From Deltaproteobacteria bacterium (lineage in GTDB: Bacteria > Myxococcota_A > UBA9042 > CAIXZC01), in the NCBI GenBank assembly GCA_016875215.1, contig VGRX01000004.1, positions 1 to 58,697 of the forward strand: a DNA stretch of 58,697 nucleotides. Direction: 5' to 3'. Below are positions 33,446 through 41,454 of the stretch, piece by piece. The translations under genes and the position numbers were made by a program. Each line of letters opens with the position of its first letter. The stretch's first letter is position 1. Below the pieces are notes generated by a model. That model had not been told where the DNA came from. It was given only the letters and a program-made list of their open reading frames with translations, and did no database searches.

Positions 33446-34386
33446 CCGTGTCCCAGTCGGGCGAGCAGGTCCTTCACGTCACCGGCGAAGATCCCCTTCC
33501 CCCCGGCAGCGCACCCGAGCCGGATGCCTTCCTTGAAGCTCCCGTGGTAGTCACTTCCTCCGGACACCAGCAGGCCCCGACGACGTGCGAATCCCAATGC
33601 CACCTTCGACCATTCCGACTTCATGTTCGGATGCCACACCTCGACCCCGTCGAAGGGAAGCCGCCCCAGCTCCTCGAGCCCCTGGAGGATGTCGTACCCC
33701 TCGCCGGTCAGGCTGTTGGGGTGCGCTGCGATTGCCAGCGCGCCGGCCTCGTGTATGGCCTCGACCACCTCCTCGGGCATCGCCTTGCGCTTCGGGACGT
33801 AGGTCGGGCACCCGGGAGTCAGCCAGCGGTCGAACGCCTCCTGGAGGCTCGCCACGTACCCCTTGTCCACGAGGATCCGGGCGAAGTGCGGCCGGGCGAC
33901 GACCAGCCCACCCGCCACCCGGGCAAGCTCGTCCATGCCGATCTCGACCCCATGCTCCCGGAGCTTCTCCACCATCTCGACGTTGCGGCTGTTCCGCCGC
34001 CGCCGCATCCCTTCCAGGAACTCGCGGATATGCACCCGCCCCGCGGGGGACAGCCCCATGGCCAGCACGTGGAGCTGCCGTCCGGCAAGCGTCGTCGAGA
34101 GCTCCGCAGCGGCGATCCCGACGATGCCCGCGTCCCGGCAGCCGGCCTCGAACCGCTCCAGCCCGTCCACCGTGTCGTGGTCGCACAGGGCCAGCACCGA
34201 GATCCCTTCCCGCTTCGCCAGGTGCGGGAGATCTTCGGGAGCATCGGTTCCGTCCGAAGCGGTCGAGTGCACATGCAGGTCGACCAGTGCCCGTGCCGCC
34301 AATCGGGGGATTCGCCCCTGACCCTCGCTCCGGCCACCATCGACCATCGACCATCGACCATTCGGCGACTGCATGTCTCCTGTCAT
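33439..34386 (-). CDS. PHP-domain phosphoesterase (TrpH/YciV-like)
   Basis: VDLHVHSTASDGT, LALCDHDTVDG, AIAAHP and VSGGSDYHG are PHP metal-binding motifs. ATG 34386 overlaps the HIT gene stop (ATGA). Confidence 0.8.
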   Translation of the reverse strand: MTGDMQSPNGRWSMVDGGRSEGQGRIPRLAARALVDLHVHSTASDGTDAPEDLPHLAKREGISVLALCDHDTVDGLERFEAGCRDAGIVGIAAAELSTTLAGRQLHVLAMGLSPAGRVHIREFLEGMRRRRNSRNVEMVEKLREHGVEIGMDELARVAGGLVVARPHFARILVDKGYVASLQEAFDRWLTPGCPTYVPKRKAMPEEVVEAIHEAGALAIAAHPNSLTGEGYDILQGLEELGRLPFDGVEVWHPNMKSEWSKVALGFARRRGLLVSGGSDYHGSFKEGIRLGCAAGGKGIFAGDVKDLLARLGHGP

Positions 34387-34781
34387 TCGCTGCTCCGACC
34401 TTCCGGATCGTCGTAGCGCACCAGCGGCGGCTTGACCCTGCGTACTCCGCCGCGAGGGGTATCCACGTCCCCTTCGTACCGGGGAATCACGTGGAGGTGG
34501 CAGTGAAACACGGTCTGTCCCGCAGCCGCCCCGACGTTCGTCCCGATGTTGTATCCGGCCGGGGCGTGCTCCCTCTCGATCAGCGCCTTGACCAGCCCGA
34601 TCACGGTCCACATGTCCGCCAGCTCCTCGGGCGTGCATTCGAACAGGTCCCTGCGGTGCTCCACGGGCACCACCAGGGCATGTCCTGGATTCACCGGGAA
34701 CGCATCCCAGAGCGCTGCCGCCCGTCCGTGGCGGACTACGTAGCGATCGCCGGCAGCGCAGAATGGGCACTTCTCAGGCAT
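34383..34781 (-). CDS. HIT-family nucleotide hydrolase/transferase
   Basis: 132 aa with MPEKCPFCA..., FPVNPGHALVVP and the histidine triad VFHCHLHVIPR. GAGGAGG lies 7 nt upstream of ATG 34781. Confidence 0.85.
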   Translation of the reverse strand: MPEKCPFCAAGDRYVVRHGRAAALWDAFPVNPGHALVVPVEHRRDLFECTPEELADMWTVIGLVKALIEREHAPAGYNIGTNVGAAAGQTVFHCHLHVIPRYEGDVDTPRGGVRRVKPPLVRYDDPEGRSSE

Positions 34782-34898
34782 GCGCCCCCCTCCTCGTCGG
34801 CAGGCGAGTATAGCCCCCCGGCACCGGAAAACAACCGTCACTTGCGTCTGGACCGCTCGGTTCGGATGTCCTATGATGAGGACATCGTGAGGTGACCC

Positions 34899-35792
34899 AT
34901 GAGATCGGCAGCTCTTTCCCTGTGCATCGCCCTTTCCGCAACCCTGCTGTTCGCGTGTCGAGGCAAGGAGGAGGAACCGGCCCCCAAGGGGGTCGAGCCG
35001 GCCGCCCAGGCCCGAAGCGCCGCGGTGGAGGAGGCCGAGCAGAAGCTCCGGGCGCTCGAGGCCGAGCAGCAGGCCCTCCAGGAGAAGCTCGCCCGGCTCC
35101 GGGACCGGGCGGAGATGGCCGCTGAGCTGGAAGAGGAGCTGGGCATCCTCAAGCGGGAGCTCGACCGTTCCCGGATCGCCACGGCCCAGGCCGAGGAGGC
35201 CTTGCGCAAAGCCCGCGTCTCGGCTGCCGCCCCCGGCGAGACCGTGGGGGCAGGAGCTGCGGCCCCTTCTGCCGATGCCGAAGTCCCGCAGCCCGGAACC
35301 GAGCCGGGCGGGACCCCGCTGCCTGATGTCGCGGGCGCGGGCCAGCCGGCGAACCCGCCCCTTCCGATCGACTCGAAGCCGCCGGAAGGTGGCGATGCAG
35401 CCTCCGCCGGAGGAGCCCAGGATGCGGAAAACGTCGTGCTGGCCCCACCCGTGGGGCAGCTCGCACTGCTCGAGATGAAGACGGCCGCATCGGTAGACCG
35501 CGAGGGCCGGCTCCCGGTCCAGGAGCAGACCACATTCGCGGCGGGACAGTCCGACGTCTACGTCTGGCTCCACCTTGCCAACGCCGCGCCCGACGAGACC
35601 CGGGTCGTGGTCGGCTGGTTCAAGGGAGACAAGGAGATCTCCAACATCGAGCTCAAGGTCGCGGGCAACATGAAGCGCTGGCGCACCTGGGCCCACACCC
35701 GTCCGCCCAAGCATGCGGCCGGCGAATGGCGGGTCGAGGTCCGCGACCTTGCGGGCAACGTCCTCGGCTCACGACAGTTCCTTGTCCAGTAG
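34899..35792 (+). CDS. Lipoprotein with coiled-coil region and C-terminal beta domain (possibly DUF2914-like)
   Basis: Lipobox LLFAC and an EAEQKLRALEAEQQALQEKLARLRD coiled coil. The C-terminal VYVWLHLANA...VVGWFKGDKEI...RWRTWAH...GEWRVEVRDLAGNVLGSRQFLV resembles DUF2914 as I recall it, which is uncertain. Confidence 0.6.
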   Translation: MRSAALSLCIALSATLLFACRGKEEEPAPKGVEPAAQARSAAVEEAEQKLRALEAEQQALQEKLARLRDRAEMAAELEEELGILKRELDRSRIATAQAEEALRKARVSAAAPGETVGAGAAAPSADAEVPQPGTEPGGTPLPDVAGAGQPANPPLPIDSKPPEGGDAASAGGAQDAENVVLAPPVGQLALLEMKTAASVDREGRLPVQEQTTFAAGQSDVYVWLHLANAAPDETRVVVGWFKGDKEISNIELKVAGNMKRWRTWAHTRPPKHAAGEWRVEVRDLAGNVLGSRQFLVQ

Positions 35793-35871
35793 CCCTTCCT
35801 TTGACACAAGTTTGAATAGCCAGGTGCTTCAGCCGTTGATCGGCCTCTTTGCGTCGAGTTGGAGGCTGGCC

Positions 35872-36495
35872 ATGAACAAGGTCGGTGCAGTGCTCTTCGC
35901 AGTCGTGCTCGCAGCGGCCTGGGGCGGTGCGTCCCCGCCCGCCCAGGCGCGCGGAACCATCCTTCTCCTCGAAGGGGGGGGAGGAATCGGCGTGACCGAC
36001 AACTCCGAGTCGGTCCGGTTCTGGCAGGCCGCGTTCGGAGTCGGCGGCAAGCTGCGGGGATTCCCGCCACGGTTCTACTTCCTCGTGGATTACAGCGGCG
36101 ACGTGCTCGACTCGACGCTCAGTTCCCCCGCCGGCGTGGCCGACCGAACGCTCATCGACCACCTGCTCCTGTTCGGGCCGCGCCTCTACCTGCCCCTGAA
36201 CCCACGCATCCGCATCTACTTCCAGGGGCTGCTCGGCGCGTTCTGGTCCCAGTCCGACTGGCTCGTCAACTCGGTCGAGCCCTACCAACCCGACGACAGG
36301 GGCATGGCCGCCAAGTTCTCGGCCGGCCTGCAGTTCCGCCCCGTTCGGGCGCTCTCGATCGGGGTCGGCGTGGACCGTGTCGTGTTCTGGGGGCGCGAGC
36401 AGGATCCCGCTGTAGCCGCAATGACCGGTTTCGGCGCCGATGCCGACGACGCGGACCAGACCCGCTTCGGCGGCACCATCGCCCTGCATTTCTGA
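35872..36495 (+). CDS. Small outer-membrane beta-barrel-like protein (hypothetical)
   Basis: ATG 35872 (GGAGG 6 nt upstream). Signal peptide MNKVGAVLFAVVLAAAWGGASPPAQA, alternating hydrophobic strands and a C-terminal ...GGTIALHF (aromatic terminus typical of OMPs). Confidence 0.5.
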   Translation: MNKVGAVLFAVVLAAAWGGASPPAQARGTILLLEGGGGIGVTDNSESVRFWQAAFGVGGKLRGFPPRFYFLVDYSGDVLDSTLSSPAGVADRTLIDHLLLFGPRLYLPLNPRIRIYFQGLLGAFWSQSDWLVNSVEPYQPDDRGMAAKFSAGLQFRPVRALSIGVGVDRVVFWGREQDPAVAAMTGFGADADDADQTRFGGTIALHF

Positions 36496-36510
36496 TCGCA
36501 GGAGGGAACC

Positions 36511-36924
36511 ATGTCGACCACCAGAACGGTGCTCCTGGCGCTGCTCCTGCTCCTGCTTCCGGGGACCTGTCTCGCTGCCGGAGTGATGGTCGGTGACGGC
36601 GATGCGCTCGTGACCCAGAGCCTCCCGGGACAGCCGGACAAGTGGATCGGGAAGGAGGTCTCCGTCCTGGGGGCCTACGCAGAGAACGTCGGCAGCGGCG
36701 GCCACTCCACCGTGTTCCGCTTCCAGTTCGTCCGGCCCGATGCCAAGGCCGTGGCCTATGCGGTCTTCACCCTCCCTCCGGGGGCTTTTGCGGGCAGCTT
36801 CCCGGTCGGTCTGACAGGATCCGGCCTCATCTACTACGAGGTGAATCCGGAAAACCCGGGGCAGAAGCTGTTCATCGCGGACCACGCCTCGGGGGAGATC
36901 GCTGTTTTTTCTCCCTCGGCGTGA
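36511..36924 (+). CDS. Secreted hypothetical protein
   Basis: AGGAGGGAACC precedes the ATG. Signal peptide MSTTRTVLLALLLLLLPGTCLA. No family recognised. Confidence 0.5.
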   Translation: MSTTRTVLLALLLLLLPGTCLAAGVMVGDGDALVTQSLPGQPDKWIGKEVSVLGAYAENVGSGGHSTVFRFQFVRPDAKAVAYAVFTLPPGAFAGSFPVGLTGSGLIYYEVNPENPGQKLFIADHASGEIAVFSPSA

Positions 36925-37568
36925 CGCAGGAGTCCGGCAGGAAAGACGATCCCTCCGACAATGATGCCCGTGAGATTTCTGACGCTTCTGTGTGGTTTTA
37001 TGGACGCGGAGACCTGTCAAAAGTGGAATATTACTACGACCCGTACTACGACGAGGTGTACTATTACGATCATACCTATATCGTATATGACGACGGCTGC
37101 ACCGGCGGGCCGGACGACTACGACGATTCGGAGTACTACGACGACTCGGACTACTACGACAGCGGCGGAGGGGACTACTCCGGGGATTCCTGCGATGGGG
37201 ACGTGTATGACGACGGCGGCTCCTCGGGTTCGTCCGACTGGGGCGACAGCTCGAGCAGCGATTCCTCGTGCGACTACGACGACACCTCGGGCGACTCGGA
37301 CAGCTCGAGCTCGTCGAGCGGCAGCGGCGACAGCGGCTGGGAAGGGGACGACTGGGCCGAGTCGAGCAGCTCCACGTCGGACGACGACGACAGCGACTGG
37401 GAGGGGGATACCTGGCGGATGAGGGGCATGTCCTGGTTCGCACCCCTTGGGAAGCTGGCGCACTCGCACCGGCGGGTGATGAAGCTCATGCCTCTGCTGG
37501 CGGGACTTGCGGTGATCGGATTGCTGCGACGGTTCGGGAGACGCTTTACTTCCGCTTGCGGGTGCTGA
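36921..37568 (+). CDS. Hyper-acidic Asp/Tyr/Ser-rich low-complexity protein with C-terminal TM anchor (hypothetical)
   Basis: GTG 36921 overlaps the previous stop (GTGA). Sequence includes YYYDPYYDEVYYYDHTYIVYDDG..DDYDDSEYYDDSDYYDSGGGDYSGDSCDGDVYDDGGSSGSSDWGDSSSSDSS...SDDDDSDWEGDTW, then MKLMPLLAGLAVIGLLRRFGRR. The start codon is uncertain, and the alternative-frame ORF 36961..37422 looks like an artefact. Confidence 0.45.
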   Translation: MTQESGRKDDPSDNDAREISDASVWFYGRGDLSKVEYYYDPYYDEVYYYDHTYIVYDDGCTGGPDDYDDSEYYDDSDYYDSGGGDYSGDSCDGDVYDDGGSSGSSDWGDSSSSDSSCDYDDTSGDSDSSSSSSGSGDSGWEGDDWAESSSSTSDDDDSDWEGDTWRMRGMSWFAPLGKLAHSHRRVMKLMPLLAGLAVIGLLRRFGRRFTSACGC

Positions 37569-37920
37569 CGGACTTCTGCATCTTCTCTTCCAGCTCGGAG
37601 AAGAGGAACGGCTTGTCGACGTAGTCGTCGGCGCCGTACAGCGGCGAGGTCATCTCGTTCAGGTTGGGGCCTATGGCGGTCAGCATGATGATCGCGACGT
37701 CGTCGAACTCCCGCTTGTTGCGCAGGTACTTGCACAGCTCCCAGCCGTTCATGACGGGCATCATGACGTCGAGGAGGATGACGTCGGGCTTCTCGACCAG
37801 TGCGACCTCGAGCCCCTCTTCGCCGTTGATGGCTTCGAGCACCTCGTGTCCCTGCTTGGTGAACCGCTCCCGGACGAGCCGGATCTGGTTGATGTCGTCA
37901 TCCACAACGAGGATCTTCAT
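37546..37920 (-). CDS. Single-domain CheY-like response regulator
   Basis: MKILVVDDD, DVILLDVMMPVMNGWELCKYLR, IIMLTA and GADDYVDKPF are canonical receiver motifs. The 3' end overlaps the convergent acidic-protein gene by 23 nt. Confidence 0.85.
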   Translation of the reverse strand: MKILVVDDDINQIRLVRERFTKQGHEVLEAINGEEGLEVALVEKPDVILLDVMMPVMNGWELCKYLRNKREFDDVAIIMLTAIGPNLNEMTSPLYGADDYVDKPFLFSELEEKMQKSVSTRKRK

Positions 37921-38137
37921 GACGCCCCCCATGCTGCTTCGAGCCTGCAAGGGAGTTGTAGTACACGCCTCCGGGGAAGTCAAAGCAAAAGTCAGGAACG
38001 ACCTCACACCGCTTCGGACCGCTCAGGATTTCCTACCGTTTGATTCGCGCCCGCTGCATCATCGCGCTTGCGGTGCGACCACGAACGGAGATAAGGTCGG
38101 GGATGTTGTAGAGGACCATATCGATGGAGGAACCCGG

Positions 38138-38458
38138 ATGTGCAGGAATCTGACGGTCGTGTGGGTGCTGGCGGTCATGGTGCTCTTCTCTTGGGGCTGC
38201 AAAGAGTCCTGCCCCATTTGTGAGAGCTACGTCAAGGCAGTCAAGGAATGCGTCAAGGAGAATGCTCCGACTGCGACGGCCCTGGACGATGAGAAGGCAA
38301 TGTGCCTCAAGGCCTGCGCCCAGAAGGAGGCCACGCAGGACAAGCAGAAGCGGGCCGAGATCACGGAGATGTTCATGAAGCCGCAGACCTGCGTGCTGGA
38401 ATACGAGGGCAAGGGCTGCGAAGCTTTCGTGACGTGCCTGAAGGGCCTCGGCAAGTAG
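38138..38458 (+). CDS. Small Cys-rich lipoprotein (hypothetical)
   Basis: GGAGGA lies 6 nt upstream of ATG 38138. MCRNLTVVWVLAVMVLFSWGC (lipobox), 106 aa with 8+ Cys. No family recognised. Confidence 0.5.
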   Translation: MCRNLTVVWVLAVMVLFSWGCKESCPICESYVKAVKECVKENAPTATALDDEKAMCLKACAQKEATQDKQKRAEITEMFMKPQTCVLEYEGKGCEAFVTCLKGLGK

Positions 38459-38739
38459 TTTGCCGTTTGACCGATCGAGTGCGACGCAGGAACTGGTCGA
38501 GGGTGTGCCTGTCGTGACCGCGGCCAGCCACCGCACCTGCACGTAGCGGGCGCACTGCGGCCGGGCGGCGCCGCCTCGCCGCCGACCGAGTGATTCCCCT
38601 CCTCCGCTGGGCCGCCCTCTTCTCTCGGGTGGCCGGAGACATCCTCCAGTTGCTTCTCGACCCGGAGCCATCTTTCGCGCGACGCCTCATCGCCACGCTC
38701 ATCTCGACGAGAACGTTCCGGTCGGGTTGGCCGGCCTCG

Positions 38740-40011
38740 TCATCGAGCCGACGGGGCCTCGGTCAGCAGGTTGCGCACCACGACGGTGGTCAGCACGACG
38801 ACCAGCGCGAGTCCCACGACCAGGGAGGCCAGGAAGAGGAAGAACATGGTCCACTGCGGATGAACGGGCACCCTGCCCGTGGAAAAGACCGGCTCGAGCC
38901 AGGCGATCCGCAGAAGGTCCCTGAGAATGACGATTGTCGCCAGCCCGCCCGCAGTCGTGAGCGTCGCCAGAACGGGAAGGAGGAACGAACGGGTCCGGGT
39001 GGCCGCAAACACCAGGACCGTCGCGACCAGGAACAGGGCCACACCTGCGGCTCCCACGGGGACCAGCAGCGGCGCCTCCCGAAGCCGGCCCAGCACCTCC
39101 TCGGGAATCCGCGTGACGAACCAGGCACCGGACAGAACGGTCGCAGCGAGGGACACCAGGAAGGCCTTGAGCCCGAGCGCCTGGAACGTCCTCCCCCGAC
39201 CCGGTCCGGACGGACCGCCATCCCCCTCGGATGCCCGCACACGACGTTGCGGCTCCGGCCCGCCTTCTCCCTGGTCGTCCGGGCCGCCTTCTCCCTGGTT
39301 GTCCGGCCCGCCTTCTCCCGGGTCGTCCGGGCCGAATCGGCCCCGGCCCCGCAGGAACGCTCCGGCCAGCAGCAGGCCGAGCCCGGCCACGGCGAGGGCC
39401 GGCGACAGGAAGGTGAACAGGCGGGGAACCACGGTCGGGTTCCGCATGTTGAGCGACTGCCCGTCGGGCCGCATCGCGTAGGTCAGCATCCACTGGTCCG
39501 GCTCCTGCATCAGCGTGAAGTTGTTCACGTAGAAGAACCCGATGCTCAGCATGGCCAGCAGGGCCACCAGCAGCCAGATCCACTGAGGTCGCGGGGACCG
39601 AACCCGCGTCAGCTTGTGCAGGTAGAGCAGCCCGTAGGCAACGATCAGCAGCGGGACCACCAGGATCCAGTGCGCTCCGATGATCACGGACGAGCTGTAG
39701 AAGAGCTGGCCGTAGATCACCTGCACGAACAGGAGGGGCGGGATGCCCAGCGTCACCAGGTACGAGAACCCCAGCGTCAGCCCGCCGCCGAGGTACCGGG
39801 ACAGGCTCTCCGCACAGGTGGGCCGCCGGACCCGGACCCAGAGCCACAGGATCATCCCGCCCAGCGTGAAGTGCAGCGCCAGGAAGTGCAGCGTCAGGGT
39901 CAGGTAGGCCAGGGCCCGCAGCAGCTCGACCGGAATCGGGTAGCCCAGCGGATCGGCCGGAGGCAAGGGCAGCGCATCCCACAGTCCGGTGGCCAGGAGG
40001 AGATGGTTCAT
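38740..40011 (-). CDS. Polytopic membrane protein of unknown family, last gene of the Rieske/cyt b/CydA-like operon
   Basis: 423 aa with about 10 hydrophobic segments and a central loop holding GPDDPGEGG/GPDNQGEGG/GPDDQGEGG repeats. The start ATG overlaps the upstream stop by 4 nt. Confidence 0.6.
   Translation of the reverse strand: MNHLLLATGLWDALPLPPADPLGYPIPVELLRALAYLTLTLHFLALHFTLGGMILWLWVRVRRPTCAESLSRYLGGGLTLGFSYLVTLGIPPLLFVQVIYGQLFYSSSVIIGAHWILVVPLLIVAYGLLYLHKLTRVRSPRPQWIWLLVALLAMLSIGFFYVNNFTLMQEPDQWMLTYAMRPDGQSLNMRNPTVVPRLFTFLSPALAVAGLGLLLAGAFLRGRGRFGPDDPGEGGPDNQGEGGPDDQGEGGPEPQRRVRASEGDGGPSGPGRGRTFQALGLKAFLVSLAATVLSGAWFVTRIPEEVLGRLREAPLLVPVGAAGVALFLVATVLVFAATRTRSFLLPVLATLTTAGGLATIVILRDLLRIAWLEPVFSTGRVPVHPQWTMFFLFLASLVVGLALVVVLTTVVVRNLLTEAPSAR
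39255..39335. repeat. 24-bp in-frame tandem repeat x3 (+partial) inside the membrane-protein gene
   Basis: Units start at 39255, 39279 and 39303 (ccggcccgccttctccctggtcgt and variants), encoding PD(D/N)(P/Q)GEGG on the minus strand. Confidence 0.85.
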
Positions 40012-41399
40012 GGCATCACTTCCCGGGTTTCCCCTCCGTCACTGCGCCGGCGACCATCCGCCTGCGCTTCGGCCAGGATCTCGGCCGCGCCCACGTTCTT
40101 CCCGTGCAACGACTGGATGTAGGACGAGATCGCGGCCCGGTCCTCCGCTGTGCCGACGAACGGCGGGGGCACCCCCTGCTGGTCCATGGTCTCGAGCCAC
40201 TTGAAACCGGAAAGCGGGGTCCAGGACTCGGTCCGGGGAATGATCCCGCGGTAGCCGCTGCGGGTATGGCAGCTTGCGCACTGGAGCCGGAACGCCCACT
40301 CGCCATGCTGCGGCGTCAGCGGGACAACGTCCGGATCCCAGCGGGTCAGCGACAGGTAGGGCTGCTGCCGGTATCCGGCTTCCGCTGCCTTGTGCTTCCA
40401 GAGCGAGTTCGAGTACAGCGTGTCGTAGATGACATAGGGCTTGCGGGCCAGCTCCCGGGCAAACTCCCCGCCCAGGAAGCCGATCTGAGCGACCACGAAC
40501 AATGCCATGGCCCCGGCAACCCCCAGCGCCCTCGGCCGCACCTGGTAAAGCAGCGATCCGAGCACGAGAAGGGTCCCTGCCACGCCGGCAGCGACCGCAA
40601 ACAGCGTCATGACCTCGAGCCGGCCCCCGCCCAGCCCCGTCGCCCCCGCTGCCATCAGCCTTGCCGTGTTGGATGGCAGCGTCTTCCAGTACCAGTAGGA
40701 CAGCCCGGGCAGAAGCAGCGCCGCGGGCAGCACCCATCGACTGCAGAAGACCACGATCCGCTCCTTGAGCCCCCCCTCTTCCTCCAGCCGGGCAGCCACC
40801 AGCAACCCCCCGAGACCTGCAACCAGGAACATGACCAGCGTCCGGATCAGCAGCGACGGGAGATACCCCGGGTTGAAGAAGCCGGCCGCCATGTCCCGGT
40901 TCTCGATCGTCCACCCGCCCGGAGTCAGCATGAACGTCAGGATCCCGTTGATGACGAACAGCGACCCCCACGCGATGACGAAGTAGAGCCCGGCCAGCGC
41001 CACCTGGAGCCTGCGGCTGTTCTTCCGCCACCCGTAGTAGTACAGGTACAGCAGCGTCAGCTCGACTAGAAACAGAACCCACTCGATCGCCCAGGCGAAC
41101 ACGAACTGGTGGATGAGCAGGCTCGTACCCTCCGGGCTGGCAAGCTGGATCGAGAACCAGATCCCCACGCCCGTCATGGCTCCGAATACCGTCGTGTAGA
41201 CCAGGAAGAAGGTCGCGTACTTGTGCAGCCACTCCCGGATCCGCTCGCCGTCAGGCTGGCGATCCGACCAGAGCTCGGCCACGAACAGAAGAGCCCCGCC
41301 CCCAATGGCGAAATGCGAGATCAGCACGTGGATGATGGCGATGATGGCCACCACCATCCCGGCCCCCAGAAACGGGACGTCCCAGACCGGGTAGTTCAT
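40008..41399 (-). CDS. Cytochrome bd oxidase subunit I (CydA)-like membrane protein fused to a C-terminal mono-haem cytochrome c domain
   Basis: ATG 41399 (GGAGG 4 nt upstream). CydA-like segments: AIIAIIHVLISHFAIGGG, FAWAIEWVLFLVELTLLYLYYYGW, AWGSLFVINGILTFMLTPGG. The C-terminal soluble part carries LQCASCHTRSGY (CxxCH). Confidence 0.7.
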   Translation of the reverse strand: MNYPVWDVPFLGAGMVVAIIAIIHVLISHFAIGGGALLFVAELWSDRQPDGERIREWLHKYATFFLVYTTVFGAMTGVGIWFSIQLASPEGTSLLIHQFVFAWAIEWVLFLVELTLLYLYYYGWRKNSRRLQVALAGLYFVIAWGSLFVINGILTFMLTPGGWTIENRDMAAGFFNPGYLPSLLIRTLVMFLVAGLGGLLVAARLEEEGGLKERIVVFCSRWVLPAALLLPGLSYWYWKTLPSNTARLMAAGATGLGGGRLEVMTLFAVAAGVAGTLLVLGSLLYQVRPRALGVAGAMALFVVAQIGFLGGEFARELARKPYVIYDTLYSNSLWKHKAAEAGYRQQPYLSLTRWDPDVVPLTPQHGEWAFRLQCASCHTRSGYRGIIPRTESWTPLSGFKWLETMDQQGVPPPFVGTAEDRAAISSYIQSLHGKNVGAAEILAEAQADGRRRSDGGETREVMP

Positions 41400-41454
41400 G
41401 GCTCCTCCCATGGGGTCGGCGCGGCACGGAACACCGGAGTCATGGTCGTCCTCC

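Noticed and set aside
36961-37422. 153-aa Thr/Arg-rich ORF (MMPVRFLTLLCGF...) as the real gene in this interval
   Set aside because: It has no SD and an implausible TTTRTTTR composition. The overlapping frame starting at 36921 is coupled to the upstream gene (GTGA) and ends in a credible TM anchor. Neither frame has homology support, so confidence in the chosen frame is only moderate.
38459-38739. Hidden gene or ncRNA in the 281-bp convergent gap after the small lipoprotein and the membrane protein
   Set aside because: The ORFs here (for example 38373..38702 minus) are Arg-rich artefacts. I saw no convincing stem-loop/U-tract, promoter or conserved RNA motif by eye. A covariance-model scan would be needed to say more.
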